DNA of 64,000 nt from Acidobacteriota bacterium (GTDB taxonomy: Bacteria > Acidobacteriota > UBA6911 > RPQK01 > JAJDTT01), in NCBI GenBank assembly GCA_965263035.1, contig OZ253580.1, positions 3,488,001 to 3,552,000 of the forward strand, read 5' to 3'. Each line of letters opens with the position of its first letter. The stretch's first letter is position 1. The translations under genes and the position numbers were made by a program. Below, piece by piece: positions 18,701-29,653 of the stretch. The notes beneath the pieces are model-generated. The model did not search any database, had not been told where the DNA came from, and saw nothing but the letters and a program-made list of their open reading frames with translations.

Positions 18701-21298
18701 TCAATGGTTATACGCGAACTCCCGGGAACTGATCAAAGCCCAGGTCAGATCCTGCAGGGTCGTCTTCCGGGACGGGCTCTCCTCGAGCAAACGCTCCAGG
18801 CGATCGAATTCATCCTGGCTCGGAAGTCTGGTAAACGCCAGCAGATAAAGTTCTTCCACGATCTCTCTATTGGAGCGGCCGCTCCGGATCATCTGGTCCA
18901 GCCGTCCGCCTTCGCGTCCCAGTTTTTCGTTGTAGGTCCGTCCCGAAAAGGAGTGCAGGGCCTGCAGCAGGGTGGGGCCGGTCCGGTTCGGCTTACCGGC
19001 CCGGTCGTAGCGGCCATGGACTTCCATGAACATGCTGTGGTCGATGGACCAATTCTTCAGGTTCATGGCCCGGGTTCCCACCGGCTCATGACCTCTCGTC
19101 GTATCCAGGTACTCCTCGTCGGTCACTCCGGTCACGAAAGAGATGGCATCGAGGAACAGCTCGGCGTCCAGCGGCCGGGGTTGGAAGTGGGAGTAGTTCG
19201 TGGTGTCGTGCCGGTTCGTCTCGTTGGGGACCGAAGTCAGTTGATAGGCTCGTGAGCGGACGATGGTCCGGATCAGTTTCTTCAGATCGTGCCCCTGGTT
19301 CCTGAAGTCATCAGCCAGGGCGGTGAGCAGATCCGGGTGCGAGGGGGGATTGGTGGACCGGAAGTCGTCCACCGGATCAACGATCCCTCGCCCGAAGAAA
19401 TAACTCCAAATCCGGTTCACCGTTGCTTCCGCGAAGTGGGGATGTTCGGTGATCCATTCCGCTAGGGCCATCCGCGGATCGAACTGCCTTTCCGGGGGGA
19501 GAGGGGTGCCGTCGGGCAAGGTCGCTTTCACTTCTTTCTTGGTGCGCGGATGAATGACCTTGGCGACATCCTCGGACTGGCCCCAGGCATAGTCCCGGCC
19601 GGCGGGGTTGTCGAAGATCACCATGTCGGACTCGTCAGACCATCCGACTTGAACCAAGCTGCCGAAGAACGCCGTCAGCCCCCAGAACTGGTCCTGGCTC
19701 CAACTGTCGAAGGGGTGGTTGTGACACTGAGCGCAATCCAGCCGGCGGCCTATGAAGAGTCGGATCTGCTCTCCCATCACCTGTTGGGGACCGGTGGGAT
19801 CGTTCTCGGTGGCGAACCTGGAGAAGTGCCGGGAGGGCCCGTCCCATCCCTGCGCGGAGATCCGTTCCCGAGCCATCTGGTCGTAGGGTTTTCCATCGAT
19901 GACGCTGTCTCGGATCCATTCCCAATACGCCGCGTTGAACTCGGTCGTGCCGCCGTTCACAAGGCGTCCCACTCGAAAGAGCTGGGAAAATCGGTACGTC
20001 CAGTAGTCGACGTATTCGGGGGAGTCCAGCAGCGTCTCGATCAGTTTATCCCGCTTCTGCGGGTCCTGCGAGGCCAGGAATTCGCGGACGCGGTTGGGCG
20101 GCGGCAGCGTGCCGGCCAAATCGAGGCACACGCGCCTCAGAAACTCGGCGTCGCTCGAAAGGTCGGAAGGAACGATGTTGAAGCGCCGGAGTTTGCCGAA
20201 GACGTATTCGTCGACGTAGTTCTTTTCGGGTACGGACGGATAGTTCGGAATCAGGTCCGTGATCACACCGGCGAGAGCGCTGACCGCGTGGCCCGCAGCC
20301 CGGATCATGATCGCCGTCTCTCCTTTGCCGACCGCCTTCACCGTCCCGTCGCCGCCCACGCTTACGATCGAGGGATTGATGGAGGAGTAGAGCACCTGGT
20401 CGCTGATATCCTCGCTCCGCCCGTCCGAAAGGTGAGCCATCACGACCAATTGCTGGGTTCCTCCCGGCTCCAGCACGAACTTCCTCGGGAACACCTCCAC
20501 GCCGTCGACTCCGGCGGCGCTGTTATCCGTTTCCTCGCCGAAGGGGGCCCCCGCCTGAATCCAACCCAGTATGGTCCGGTAATCGGGAGAGTCGAGGGAA
20601 AACTTGGGCCCGCCGCCGTGAGCCATGGCCATGGTCGGCTTCAACAGCAGCAGGCTCTTCTCCGGTTCCTTCAAGTCGATCCGGGGAACCTTCGGGTCGT
20701 CCGACTTGTCCGTGAGGACATGGAAGGTGCCGCCCTCCAGGATCCACTTGTAGTCGTCCTCGGGGTAGAGGGAGTTCTGCGAGAGCTTGAATCCGCCCTG
20801 CCCCTTGACGCTGCCGTGGCAGTCGGTGCTGTTGCACCCGTGTTTGGTGAGAATCGAGCCGACGTCCCGGGTAAAACTGAAGGTCTTCTCCCGGACCAGG
20901 TCCTGGACCCGGATCGCTGCTTCTGCGGCGTGGCCCTCGAGCTCAACCCGGACTCGCGTCTCGCCCTGGGAGACGCCGACGATTCGGGAAGATCCCTCGA
21001 TCTTGGCGACCTCGTCGTCCGCCACGTCGAAACTGCTACGCGACGTCACGTCTCGTTGCAGCCCGTCGGAGAAGGTGCCGAGCACCACGAATCGCTGTGA
21101 AGGATCCGCTCCCCTCAGGTCCACATCATCGGGGAACATTTCGATGGAGACGAGGGTCAGGGCGTGGCTGCTGGCCGGCCGCAACGGCTCTCCCTGGGGA
21201 GAGGCCGCCGACAGGCCCAGGACGACGGCCAGCACCAACAGCATGACCGTTGGTGATCCGTCGAAGCCGGTCGCAAATTTCAGCTTTTCCAGTCTCAC
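18701..21298 (-). CDS. DUF1549/DUF1553 (PSD1-type) protein with Ig-like (Big_2-like) domains
   Basis: GCNSTDCHG, FLRRVCLDLAG, CAQCHNHPFD, VNRIW..FGRGIVDPVDD, NPPSHPDLL and terminal EFAYNH. Confidence 0.9.
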   Translation of the reverse strand: MRLEKLKFATGFDGSPTVMLLVLAVVLGLSAASPQGEPLRPASSHALTLVSIEMFPDDVDLRGADPSQRFVVLGTFSDGLQRDVTSRSSFDVADDEVAKIEGSSRIVGVSQGETRVRVELEGHAAEAAIRVQDLVREKTFSFTRDVGSILTKHGCNSTDCHGSVKGQGGFKLSQNSLYPEDDYKWILEGGTFHVLTDKSDDPKVPRIDLKEPEKSLLLLKPTMAMAHGGGPKFSLDSPDYRTILGWIQAGAPFGEETDNSAAGVDGVEVFPRKFVLEPGGTQQLVVMAHLSDGRSEDISDQVLYSSINPSIVSVGGDGTVKAVGKGETAIMIRAAGHAVSALAGVITDLIPNYPSVPEKNYVDEYVFGKLRRFNIVPSDLSSDAEFLRRVCLDLAGTLPPPNRVREFLASQDPQKRDKLIETLLDSPEYVDYWTYRFSQLFRVGRLVNGGTTEFNAAYWEWIRDSVIDGKPYDQMARERISAQGWDGPSRHFSRFATENDPTGPQQVMGEQIRLFIGRRLDCAQCHNHPFDSWSQDQFWGLTAFFGSLVQVGWSDESDMVIFDNPAGRDYAWGQSEDVAKVIHPRTKKEVKATLPDGTPLPPERQFDPRMALAEWITEHPHFAEATVNRIWSYFFGRGIVDPVDDFRSTNPPSHPDLLTALADDFRNQGHDLKKLIRTIVRSRAYQLTSVPNETNRHDTTNYSHFQPRPLDAELFLDAISFVTGVTDEEYLDTTRGHEPVGTRAMNLKNWSIDHSMFMEVHGRYDRAGKPNRTGPTLLQALHSFSGRTYNEKLGREGGRLDQMIRSGRSNREIVEELYLLAFTRLPSQDEFDRLERLLEESPSRKTTLQDLTWALISSREFAYNH

Positions 21299-21319
21299 GG
21301 TGCCTTTTCCTGGGAACTC

Positions 21320-23179
21320 CTACCGCTTTGAGGCGAGCTGTTGCTTTTCCTCATTTCCATCCACCAGCAGAGGGAGCGTGGCGATGGCGAAAGCCTCGCC
21401 CATTTTGCCCCCCTTGACGGGCCGGGCCGTCAAATCGATGAGCCAGGGGCTGCGTGACGGCAAGGCGTTGGAATCGGCCAGCAGCGCGACTGTGGCCTTC
21501 TGGTTGGATGCCCGGTAACGTTTCTGATCCTTCAATGGGGGCAAGTCCTCCGTCGACCGGCTCTGCTTCGGGCTCGCAACCACCGGAAACGCCTTCACGC
21601 CGGCTGGAAGGTTTTCGACGCTGAGCAGGACTTCGCCTTGGAATCCCTCTTCCAGATCCACCGACAGTTCCAGCGTACTCACCTGTCCCGGAGTGACCCG
21701 AACGTGATCTTCTTCGGGACGGATCGCTCCGACATGTGGAACCTGGTCCCGGACCAGCAGTCTGTACCTGAAATCGGAGCCTCCCTTCCGGGACGTTATG
21801 TCGCGAAGCTGGAGGATGTACTCGCCTCCCTTTTCGAAGCTGTAGGTGGTCTTGGCCTCCAGGTACTTGACGACGAAGTTCCCGCTCCTGCCCCAGACTT
21901 TATTGAGGTTTTCGACGACTTCCTCGCCGTCGGCGCTCATGACCTTCATCCAGGGGACGAAATAAGAGGGTTTCCTGAGCGGGGTCTCGATCTCGAAGGC
22001 CACGAGAGCTCCGTCGGGCACCTTGAATTTGAAGGTGTCGATGTCACCCGGCCCTCCGATGACCCCTTCCAGAGCCGCGGGGATGGCCCCCACGTCGAGG
22101 GCTTGACCCGACTGGTCATTCGGCTCCTGCTCGGTGAACGATTCGAACGAGATGCCTCCGCCGGAAGCCTCATTCGAATCCTCTCGGACGCTCCGGGCCT
22201 GGAGTCTCTCGATCCAATCCGCCTCGATCTTCCGGGCGAAGTCCCGTTCGGATACCATGGGCACGAGGGACTGGGGAGCTTCTCCCGCCCAGGTCCATTT
22301 CAGGGGGCCCTCATGGGCCGGCCGATCGGGTTCGAAGGCACAGGATGTCTCCTCGGAACTCCCGCCGGGTAAGACCTTCAACTGGTAGCCGGGATTTTCG
22401 AACATCCCGACCTTGCCCGAGACCTCTGCCACGGCCAGGAAGAATTCGCCGTCCCGGGGGAATCTGTAAGCCAAAGTCGGCCGATGCTGCATGTGGTCAT
22501 TGATGACCAACCGATGATCGCGGTCGGGATCGAACCAACTGCCTCCCCGCTCATGGATACTCAGCTTCGGCCGCATCGTCCAAAGGCCGAGCGGAGCGGT
22601 ACTCGAAAAGAAGTCCACTTGGAAACAGAGGACCTGGTCTTGAGTTGCCTGCAAGCGATAGTAGTCCACCTCGCCCAGCTCCGGCAGCCTGCCCTGAACC
22701 ACGGAAGGAAAGGAGTCGATGGGTTGGGCGGTGTCCAACTCATTGTGTTTGGTGCCGATTTCGCGAACGTTGGGCTCGGACGTGACGCGGAACCTCAGGG
22801 GATTGGATATTCCGCCGGGGGTCACAGCCCGAAAGTAATGGGCTCCCAATTCGGCGTCGGGGGCGATGCGAACCTTTAGGAGCGCCCGGTATTTCCCCTG
22901 ATAGGGATCGGCCTCGGAGCCGTTCTCCTGGTCGGCGCCGTCTTTCTTGGCTTCCTCGGTCCGTTCCAGATTCAGGATCTCCGCCTCCACCTGATCGCAA
23001 TAGAACCAAGCCACCTGAAGCGGGTCCAGAAACTTGCCGCGAAGCTCGACTTCGAGCGTCTCCCCGGCCTGTCCTCCCAGGGGATACAGGGAGATCAGCT
23101 TGGGCCTGGCGGGTGGATCCGCGGCTTCGAGTTGAACTGAAAGGAAAGCCAGAATCAGAAGAGCTGGAATGGACCGCAT
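21320..23179 (-). CDS. Secreted pre-peptidase C-terminal (PPC) repeat protein
   Basis: Signal peptide, YPLGGQAG..V..RG, GISNP, EQEPND and GDIDTFKF; upstream of DUF1549/DUF1501 genes. Confidence 0.8.
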   Translation of the reverse strand: MRSIPALLILAFLSVQLEAADPPARPKLISLYPLGGQAGETLEVELRGKFLDPLQVAWFYCDQVEAEILNLERTEEAKKDGADQENGSEADPYQGKYRALLKVRIAPDAELGAHYFRAVTPGGISNPLRFRVTSEPNVREIGTKHNELDTAQPIDSFPSVVQGRLPELGEVDYYRLQATQDQVLCFQVDFFSSTAPLGLWTMRPKLSIHERGGSWFDPDRDHRLVINDHMQHRPTLAYRFPRDGEFFLAVAEVSGKVGMFENPGYQLKVLPGGSSEETSCAFEPDRPAHEGPLKWTWAGEAPQSLVPMVSERDFARKIEADWIERLQARSVREDSNEASGGGISFESFTEQEPNDQSGQALDVGAIPAALEGVIGGPGDIDTFKFKVPDGALVAFEIETPLRKPSYFVPWMKVMSADGEEVVENLNKVWGRSGNFVVKYLEAKTTYSFEKGGEYILQLRDITSRKGGSDFRYRLLVRDQVPHVGAIRPEEDHVRVTPGQVSTLELSVDLEEGFQGEVLLSVENLPAGVKAFPVVASPKQSRSTEDLPPLKDQKRYRASNQKATVALLADSNALPSRSPWLIDLTARPVKGGKMGEAFAIATLPLLVDGNEEKQQLASKR

Positions 23180-23409
23180 AAAAGGGATCTCCGCACACGT
23201 ACGAATGGGCGAAATTGTATATCAGCAGCCGTGGGGAAAACAAGGAGGGGCGTCCGGCGTCAAATCCCGCATCCCGGCGGCTGGATATCCAGCGTCGCGG
23301 CCTTCCCGACGCAGGCTTGATTCCGTCGCCGACAGCCGGGCCGGAGAATGGGTGCGGTCACCGCTCACCGGGGGCCGCCTCCCCAATGGGATCTCCCATA
23401 GGGAGATTG

Positions 23410-23670
23410 CAATACTGAACAAATAAAGGCGAACCGCTGGAAATAAGAAAGATAATTAGAGGTATAAATATAATTTTATTAATATTTTAGTGTTACATTT
23501 ATTTATGTATTTAAAGAGAGGACAGGAAAATTGACACTTCGCGTCCGGAGAGCTTCTTCAGATTCGATCCCAACGATGCCCCATCGAATTTAATTTAAGT
23601 ATGGACTAAATTATATTTAGATGTAGACTCGCTTATCGAATAGTATCATAACCACATTGATTATTGTCTG
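23410..23670. promoter_or_regulatory. AT-rich non-coding island, probable regulatory region of the PPC-DUF1549-DUF1501 operon
   Basis: Sharp GC drop with inverted repeats TACAT-N6-ATGTA (23494-23509) and CTAAAT-N3-ATTTAG (23606-23620). Confidence 0.5.
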
Positions 23671-23672
23671 TC

Positions 23673-24686
23673 TCAGCATTCCAGGCGGTAGATTCGCTGG
23701 ACGTTCCCTCCGAGGATAAGTCTCAGATCCTCCTGGGACATGTAGGGGCAGTTGTTTTGCAGGTAGTGAAACCGCCGGGAGTACTCGGCTGGACTACGGA
23801 GGCCCGTCTTGACGAATTCCGAACCCCAGGCCAGCCGCCTGGGACCGAAGTTGTCGTAGAAGCTCTTGAGGACTTCGTCGTTGGGTCCATAGTTCAGGTG
23901 CACCGGCAGAACGCCAAGGATCACGTTGTGTTCCTTGACCAGTCGGATGGCCGTTTCCGGGATCTTGACCGAGTTGTCCGGCTGCAGGCAGGGCTGGGGC
24001 GGGATGCCATGGACGATCATGACCGGAAGGTCGGGAAATTTCTTGAGTAGCCGCAGGAGAATGGGCCACAGACTCTCGAAATTCGTTTCGTAGCCGATGG
24101 AGGGACTGCCGGTGTAAGTAACGAAGGAGACGGGAATGTTCAGTGAGGTCACCGCCTTCCACAAGGGTTCGTACTTGGAAGTGGCCAGGTTATCGTGACC
24201 ATCGGAGCCCGGAGGAGGATCGTAGTACAAGCCTCGGAACCCCCAATCTCCGACGTAATGGTGAAGCTTGTCTATTTGTTCACTCGTGTACGCCTTCCGC
24301 TCGTCGAGCTTGCACACGGCAATGAATCGGTCCGGGAACTCTCGCAGGACTCGGGCTTGATACTTGTTGGCCCACACTCTGAGAGTGTGAAGCACTGCCA
24401 TGTCCACACCGGTTGCATCCATCGCTTCAATCAGTTCGCGGGCAGAAAGCCCGAGTTTGGAGTTGGTGATCTCGAAGATGCTGCGATCCAGCTGTGGATT
24501 GTAGCCCTCCAGGAGATCCTCGGGCTTCAGGGCGCCTACGTGTCCATGGTTATCGATGACCAGGGTAGGTTTCCGAGCAGGCTCTTCAGGAGACGCCCCT
24601 GTCGTGAATGACCTCCCGTACATCGCAGGGGTGAGGAAAGCGGTCCCGAGAAACCTGCGGCGGTTCCATCCCGGTTTGGGTTTCAT
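23673..24686 (-). CDS. Amidohydrolase family (Amidohydro_2-like) protein with Tat signal
   Basis: NRRRFL, IDNHGH metal motif and FGPRRLAWGSEF..ILGGNVQRIY. AAGGAG RBS before ATG 24686. Confidence 0.85.
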   Translation of the reverse strand: MKPKPGWNRRRFLGTAFLTPAMYGRSFTTGASPEEPARKPTLVIDNHGHVGALKPEDLLEGYNPQLDRSIFEITNSKLGLSARELIEAMDATGVDMAVLHTLRVWANKYQARVLREFPDRFIAVCKLDERKAYTSEQIDKLHHYVGDWGFRGLYYDPPPGSDGHDNLATSKYEPLWKAVTSLNIPVSFVTYTGSPSIGYETNFESLWPILLRLLKKFPDLPVMIVHGIPPQPCLQPDNSVKIPETAIRLVKEHNVILGVLPVHLNYGPNDEVLKSFYDNFGPRRLAWGSEFVKTGLRSPAEYSRRFHYLQNNCPYMSQEDLRLILGGNVQRIYRLEC

Positions 24687-24969
24687 GTTCTGGTCTCCTT
24701 GAATGGTTGGACTCCCTTCCCGTTCGTCACCGGTTCGGACACCACGTAAAATCCTGCTGCCATGGGCCATGGGCCATGGCCACTACGCCTCTGGGAAGAT
24801 GGCGAACTGTTGGTTCAGGCTCCACTTTATTCTGCGGCATGAAGGCGCACTTCACCAGAGGTCCACTGGAAGACGCAGACCACCGTGTCGTCACGCTGCA
24901 CTCTTCTCTTCTTCCCGGTTCGAGGAGGTTCTGGTAAAATCGCGGAAAATCCATATCGTTGAGCGACTT

Positions 24970-27900
24970 ATGCTGATTTATCGACGGTGGTATTCGGGAC
25001 TGGTTCTGCTCTCCCTCGCGCTCTTCGCCGCTCCTGGCCTGGGTCAGAACCAACCGGCCGGAACCCTGGATTTCAAGCGGGACATCGAGCCCATCTTCAG
25101 CCAGCGGTGCCACCATTGCCACGGTCCCGCTCAGGCCGCCGGTGGACTGCGTCTCGATGTCCGGGAATCGGCCCTGAAGGGCGGCGCCTCAGGTCCCGCG
25201 ATCGTGCCGGGCGACAGCTCGGGCAGCCGGCTGATTCAACTGGTCTCGGGAACCGGCGGCATGATCATGCCGCTTCAAGGCGAACCTCTGAGCTCCGACC
25301 TGGTCGACCGGCTTCGCGCCTGGATCGATGAGGGAGCCCCCTGGCCGGCGGAGAATTCCGGCGGCGACGCCGACCTGCAGGCGGGAGCGAACGGACACTG
25401 GTCGTTTCAGGAAATCGGCGACCCGGCAGTCCCAAAGGCGGGAAACTCGGACTGGGTCCGGAATCCCATCGACTCGTTCGTGCTCGAAGCTCTGGATAAA
25501 CGAGGACTCCAGCCGTCGTCCCGCGCTTCACGGGAGACTCTGGTCCGCAGGCTGCACCTGGACCTGCTGGGACTCCCTCCCACTCCCGCCGAGGTGGAGG
25601 CGTTCGTGAACGGCCCGCTTCCCAACGCCTACGAGCGTCTGGTCCGGCAGTTGCTCGCCTCTCCTCATTTCGGGGAGCGCTGGGCGCGTCACTGGTTGGA
25701 CCTGGCTCGCTACGCCGACAGCGACGGATTCGAGAAGGATCGTCCCCGCCCCCACGCCTGGCGTTACCGGGAGTGGGTCATCCAGGCCATCAATCGGGAC
25801 CTCCCCTACGATCGATTCGTCATCGAGCAGATGGCCGGAGATCTGCTGCCGGATGCCGGAACGGAACAGCGCGTGGCGACCGGGTTTCACCGCAACACGC
25901 TCACCAACCGCGAGGGGGGAGTCGACAAGGAACAGTTCCGGATCGAACAGATCGTGGATCGGACCAACACCACGGCCTCCGTCTTTTTGGGGTTGACCGT
26001 GGCGTGCGCCCAGTGCCACGACCACAAGTACGATCCGCTTTCTCAGCAGGAGTACTACGAGTTCTTCGCCTTTCTCAACGAGGCGGAGGAAAAGAACGTC
26101 CCGGCGACCCTGGAGCCGGAGCTGGCGGCCTATCGAAGGGCCAAGCGGGAATGGGACGTGAGACAGGAAATGCTCATCGGAAAGATGGAGGCGGAGAGAA
26201 ATCCTCTGGAGGAGGAACTGGCTCCGAGGCTGGCCGATTGGGAGGCTCGCAACCCGTATCCTCTGCTGGGGCAGTGGCAGGTGCTCGATCCCGTCAGCTT
26301 CACCACCACCGACTCCAAGGAGACCGAGCTGGTCAAGCAGGATGACGGCAGCCTGTTGGCCCGGGGGGACAATCCCGCTCACATCAACTACAAGATCGAG
26401 GTCAGGAGTTCGCTGGCCGGGATCACCGCGTTTCGAATCGAGGTTCTCAAGGACCCGACGCATCCGAATTCGGGTCCGGGCCGAGCCGCTAAAGGGGAAT
26501 TCGCCCTGTCGGAGGTGGTCATCGAGGCTTCGACAGGTGAAGCCGGCAAGGAGCCCCGGAAGCTGGAGATCGAGTCGGCCGTGGCCTTGCAGGAACTGGA
26601 CGGGTATGAGGTCTCCCGGGCGGTCGACGGGGAAGAGCAGACGGGGTGGTCGCCGGGTGGACTCGAGGGTCCCAACCACAACCGTCAGATCGTCGTGATC
26701 CTCAAGGAGGATGCCGGCTCGTCTTCCGGCGCCACCTTCAATTTCAGGTTGGAACAGCGCCTCGGCGACCATCGCACCATGGGCCGGTTCCGGCTCTCGG
26801 CGACGACGGCCTCAAGGCCGTCGTTGCAGTCCCTGGTCCCCATCGACGTGGAGCGAGTGCTGGCGCTGAAGCCGCAGGACCGGTCCGGCGAGCAGACGGC
26901 GTTGCTGTTGGACTACGCTGTCGATCAGCAGCCTCGGATGCGGGAATGGCACGCGGCTCTGGAAGGGCATCACAAAGCGATGCCGCAAGTCCCCGAGACG
27001 CTGGCGCAGACCATCGCGCAAAACGCGGATCCACCCAAGACCCACATTCACGTCCGGGGCGATTTCCTGCGCAAGGGCCGGCAGGTGATGCCGGGAATCC
27101 CAGGCGTTCTGCCTCCCTTGCGGTGGCGGGGAGAACGGCCGGACCGGCTCGATCTGGCCCGATGGATAATGGATCCCTCTCATCCGCTCACGGCCCGCGT
27201 GGAGGTCAATCGAATCTGGGAGAAGCTTTTCGGGAGAGGGCTCGTGGCGACCAGCGACGACTTCGGGACCCGTGGCGAGAAGCCTTCCCACCCGGAACTG
27301 CTGGACTGGCTGTCCCGCAAGTTCGTGGAGCTGGGTTGGAGCCGCAAGGATCTGATCGAGCTGATCGTCCTGTCCTCCACCTATCAGCAGTCCTCGCAGG
27401 TGGACCCCGAGCTTCTCCGGACCGATCCGAACAACGTCTGGCTGACCCGGCAGAATCGATTCCGCGTGGAGTCGGAAGTCACCCGGGACCTCTTCCTGGC
27501 CGTTGGAGGGCTGTTGGAACGCAGTGTGGGCGGCCGGAGCATTCGTCCGCCGCTGCCGAAAGACGTGGCGAAGGTAGGCTACAGCTCGGGGGTCAAATGG
27601 CCGGAAAGTCCGGGGGCAGAGAAGTTCCGCCGCGGGCTTTACATCCACTTTCAGCGCACCGTTCCGTACCCCATGCTCATGACCTTCGACAGTCCGGACT
27701 CCAACACCGCCTGTCTCCGGAGAACCCGGTCCAACACGCCGCTTCAGGCGCTGACGCTGCTGAACGATGACGTCTTCGTCGAGTGCGCCCGGTCGTTCGC
27801 CCAGAAGATCACCTCCGAGGTGAAGTCCACGGACGAGGATCGGCTTCGCTACGCATTTCGGAGGGCGTTGGCGAGAGAGCCGGACCCGGTCGAAATGAGC

Positions 27901-28074
27901 GTGCTGACGAAGCTGTTGGGCGATCAGGAACAGGTCTTCGCGGCAGGGGAAGGATCGGCCGCCAAGGTCGCGGGACCGGGATTCCCCGGCGAGTTGTCCC
28001 TGGAAGAGGCTGCCTCATGGACGACGGTGGCGCGCACCATCCTCAACTTGGACGAATTCGTCACTCGGGAGTAG
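24970..28074 (+). CDS. PSD1 (DUF1549/DUF1553) and planctomycete cytochrome c domain protein
   Basis: [53 protein letters not shown] and [12 protein letters not shown]. Start uncertain. Confidence 0.92.
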   Translation: MLIYRRWYSGLVLLSLALFAAPGLGQNQPAGTLDFKRDIEPIFSQRCHHCHGPAQAAGGLRLDVRESALKGGASGPAIVPGDSSGSRLIQLVSGTGGMIMPLQGEPLSSDLVDRLRAWIDEGAPWPAENSGGDADLQAGANGHWSFQEIGDPAVPKAGNSDWVRNPIDSFVLEALDKRGLQPSSRASRETLVRRLHLDLLGLPPTPAEVEAFVNGPLPNAYERLVRQLLASPHFGERWARHWLDLARYADSDGFEKDRPRPHAWRYREWVIQAINRDLPYDRFVIEQMAGDLLPDAGTEQRVATGFHRNTLTNREGGVDKEQFRIEQIVDRTNTTASVFLGLTVACAQCHDHKYDPLSQQEYYEFFAFLNEAEEKNVPATLEPELAAYRRAKREWDVRQEMLIGKMEAERNPLEEELAPRLADWEARNPYPLLGQWQVLDPVSFTTTDSKETELVKQDDGSLLARGDNPAHINYKIEVRSSLAGITAFRIEVLKDPTHPNSGPGRAAKGEFALSEVVIEASTGEAGKEPRKLEIESAVALQELDGYEVSRAVDGEEQTGWSPGGLEGPNHNRQIVVILKEDAGSSSGATFNFRLEQRLGDHRTMGRFRLSATTASRPSLQSLVPIDVERVLALKPQDRSGEQTALLLDYAVDQQPRMREWHAALEGHHKAMPQVPETLAQTIAQNADPPKTHIHVRGDFLRKGRQVMPGIPGVLPPLRWRGERPDRLDLARWIMDPSHPLTARVEVNRIWEKLFGRGLVATSDDFGTRGEKPSHPELLDWLSRKFVELGWSRKDLIELIVLSSTYQQSSQVDPELLRTDPNNVWLTRQNRFRVESEVTRDLFLAVGGLLERSVGGRSIRPPLPKDVAKVGYSSGVKWPESPGAEKFRRGLYIHFQRTVPYPMLMTFDSPDSNTACLRRTRSNTPLQALTLLNDDVFVECARSFAQKITSEVKSTDEDRLRYAFRRALAREPDPVEMSVLTKLLGDQEQVFAAGEGSAAKVAGPGFPGELSLEEAASWTTVARTILNLDEFVTRE

Positions 28075-28077
28075 GAC

Positions 28078-29562
28078 ATGAGCTCTTTGAGGGAAAAAAT
28101 TCTTGAATCGCGTCGAGACTTCCTGACCAGCAGCGCCAGCGGTCTGGGCGGTATCGCCCTGGCGACGATGCTGGCCGAGCAGGGGTTGCTGGCGCAGGCC
28201 AATGCCGCCGGGGCCGTCCGCAAGCGGATGAAGTCCACCCATTTCCCGGCCCAGGCCAAGAGCTGCATCTTTCTCTTCATGGCCGGGGCCCCCAGCCAGA
28301 TCGACCTCTTCGATCCGAAGCCGAAACTGACCGAGCTGAACGGCCAGCCCATGCCCGAGTCCATGCTGGAGAAGGTCCGGTTCGCCTTCATCAAGAAGGA
28401 GTCGGCCGTGCTGATGGGCAGCAATGCCGGGTTTCGCAAGTATGGCGAATCGGGCACCCGGATCTCCGACTATCTTCCCAACATCGGCGGATGTGCCGAC
28501 GACATCGCCTTGATCCGGTCGATGCATACCGAGGCCTTCAACCATCACCCGGGGCAGTTGATGATGAATTCAGGGGTGCCCACCTTCGGCCGGCCGTCGA
28601 TGGGTTCCTGGATCAACTACGGCCTGGGCAGCGAATCGGAGGACCTTCCCGGTTACGTGGTCCTGACCGCCGGTGCCGGCACCAGCGGGGGTGCGTCCAA
28701 CTGGTCCAGCGGCTTCCTGCCCTCCAGTTACGAGGGGGTGCTCTTCCGGAACCAGGGAGACCCGGTGCTGCACCTGTCCAATCCCGAGGGCCTGCCGCAC
28801 GAGTGCCAGCGCCGGAGCCTGGACGCCTTGAAGCAGCTCAACCAGCAGCACTACAAGCAGTCCCGCGATCCCGAGATCCTGTCTCGAATCGCCGCCTACG
28901 AGTTGGCGTACCGAATGCAGGCGGCCACGCCGGAACTCATCGACCTTTCTCAGGAGAGTGAGAAGACGTTGGAGATGTACGGAGTCAACCGGAACGATCC
29001 CGAAGGCAGCCAAGGTCGGGGCTTCATCAACGGGGTGTTCGGCACCTACGCGCGCAACTGTCTGCTGGCGCGGCGACTGGTGGAACGGGGCGTTCGATTC
29101 GTCAACGTCTATCACGCCTCATGGGATCACCACAGTGGCCTGGACCGCCAATTGCCCGTCAACTGCCAGATCGTCGACCAGCCGGTGGCCGCCCTCATCC
29201 AGGACCTGAAGCAACGGGGCATGCTGGACGAGACGCTCGTCGTCTGGGCTGCGGAATTCGGCCGGACCCCGTTGGCGGAGAACAATGGAGGAGAAGACGA
29301 AATCAACACCGGCCGGGATCACCACCCCTTCGCCTTCAGCGTCTTCATGGCGGGCGGGGGCATCCAGGGAGGGCAGGTCATCGGCAGCACGGACGACATC
29401 GGCTGGGGAGTCGAGGAGGAGCCCGTCTCCGTCAATGACTTTCATGCGACGATCCTCCACCTCTTCGGCATCGACCACCTGCAATTGACTCACCGTTTTC
29501 AGGGACGCGACTTCCGGCTGACCGACGTCGGCGGTGAGGTGGTCAAGAAACTGTTGGCGTAG
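28078..29562 (+). CDS. DUF1501 domain protein with Tat signal
   Basis: SRRDFL, MAGAPSQIDLFDPKP, CLLARRLVERGVRF, WDHH and EFGRTP..GRDHHP. Confidence 0.93.
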   Translation: MSSLREKILESRRDFLTSSASGLGGIALATMLAEQGLLAQANAAGAVRKRMKSTHFPAQAKSCIFLFMAGAPSQIDLFDPKPKLTELNGQPMPESMLEKVRFAFIKKESAVLMGSNAGFRKYGESGTRISDYLPNIGGCADDIALIRSMHTEAFNHHPGQLMMNSGVPTFGRPSMGSWINYGLGSESEDLPGYVVLTAGAGTSGGASNWSSGFLPSSYEGVLFRNQGDPVLHLSNPEGLPHECQRRSLDALKQLNQQHYKQSRDPEILSRIAAYELAYRMQAATPELIDLSQESEKTLEMYGVNRNDPEGSQGRGFINGVFGTYARNCLLARRLVERGVRFVNVYHASWDHHSGLDRQLPVNCQIVDQPVAALIQDLKQRGMLDETLVVWAAEFGRTPLAENNGGEDEINTGRDHHPFAFSVFMAGGGIQGGQVIGSTDDIGWGVEEEPVSVNDFHATILHLFGIDHLQLTHRFQGRDFRLTDVGGEVVKKLLA

Positions 29563-29584
29563 GGGCGCCCCTCGTGGGCGCCCT
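29559..29584 (+). repeat. GTAG-type REP palindrome
   Basis: GTAG-GGGCGCCC-CTCGT-GGGCGCCC; its TAG is the stop codon of the DUF1501 gene. Confidence 0.7.
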
Positions 29585-29653
29585 CTTAAGTCGTCTCAGG
29601 AGCGGCGTCCCTCCCATAGCCGGAAGTCCTGAAATCGTGTAAATTTGGGTGTC

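Noticed and set aside
23531-23560. TTGACA as a plus-strand promoter
   Set aside because: No -10 element at 16-19 bp and no plus-strand gene downstream.
23410-23670. oriC unwinding element or dif site
   Set aside because: No DnaA boxes (TTATCCACA) or XerD arm (TTATGTTAAAT) seen, and no replication genes nearby.
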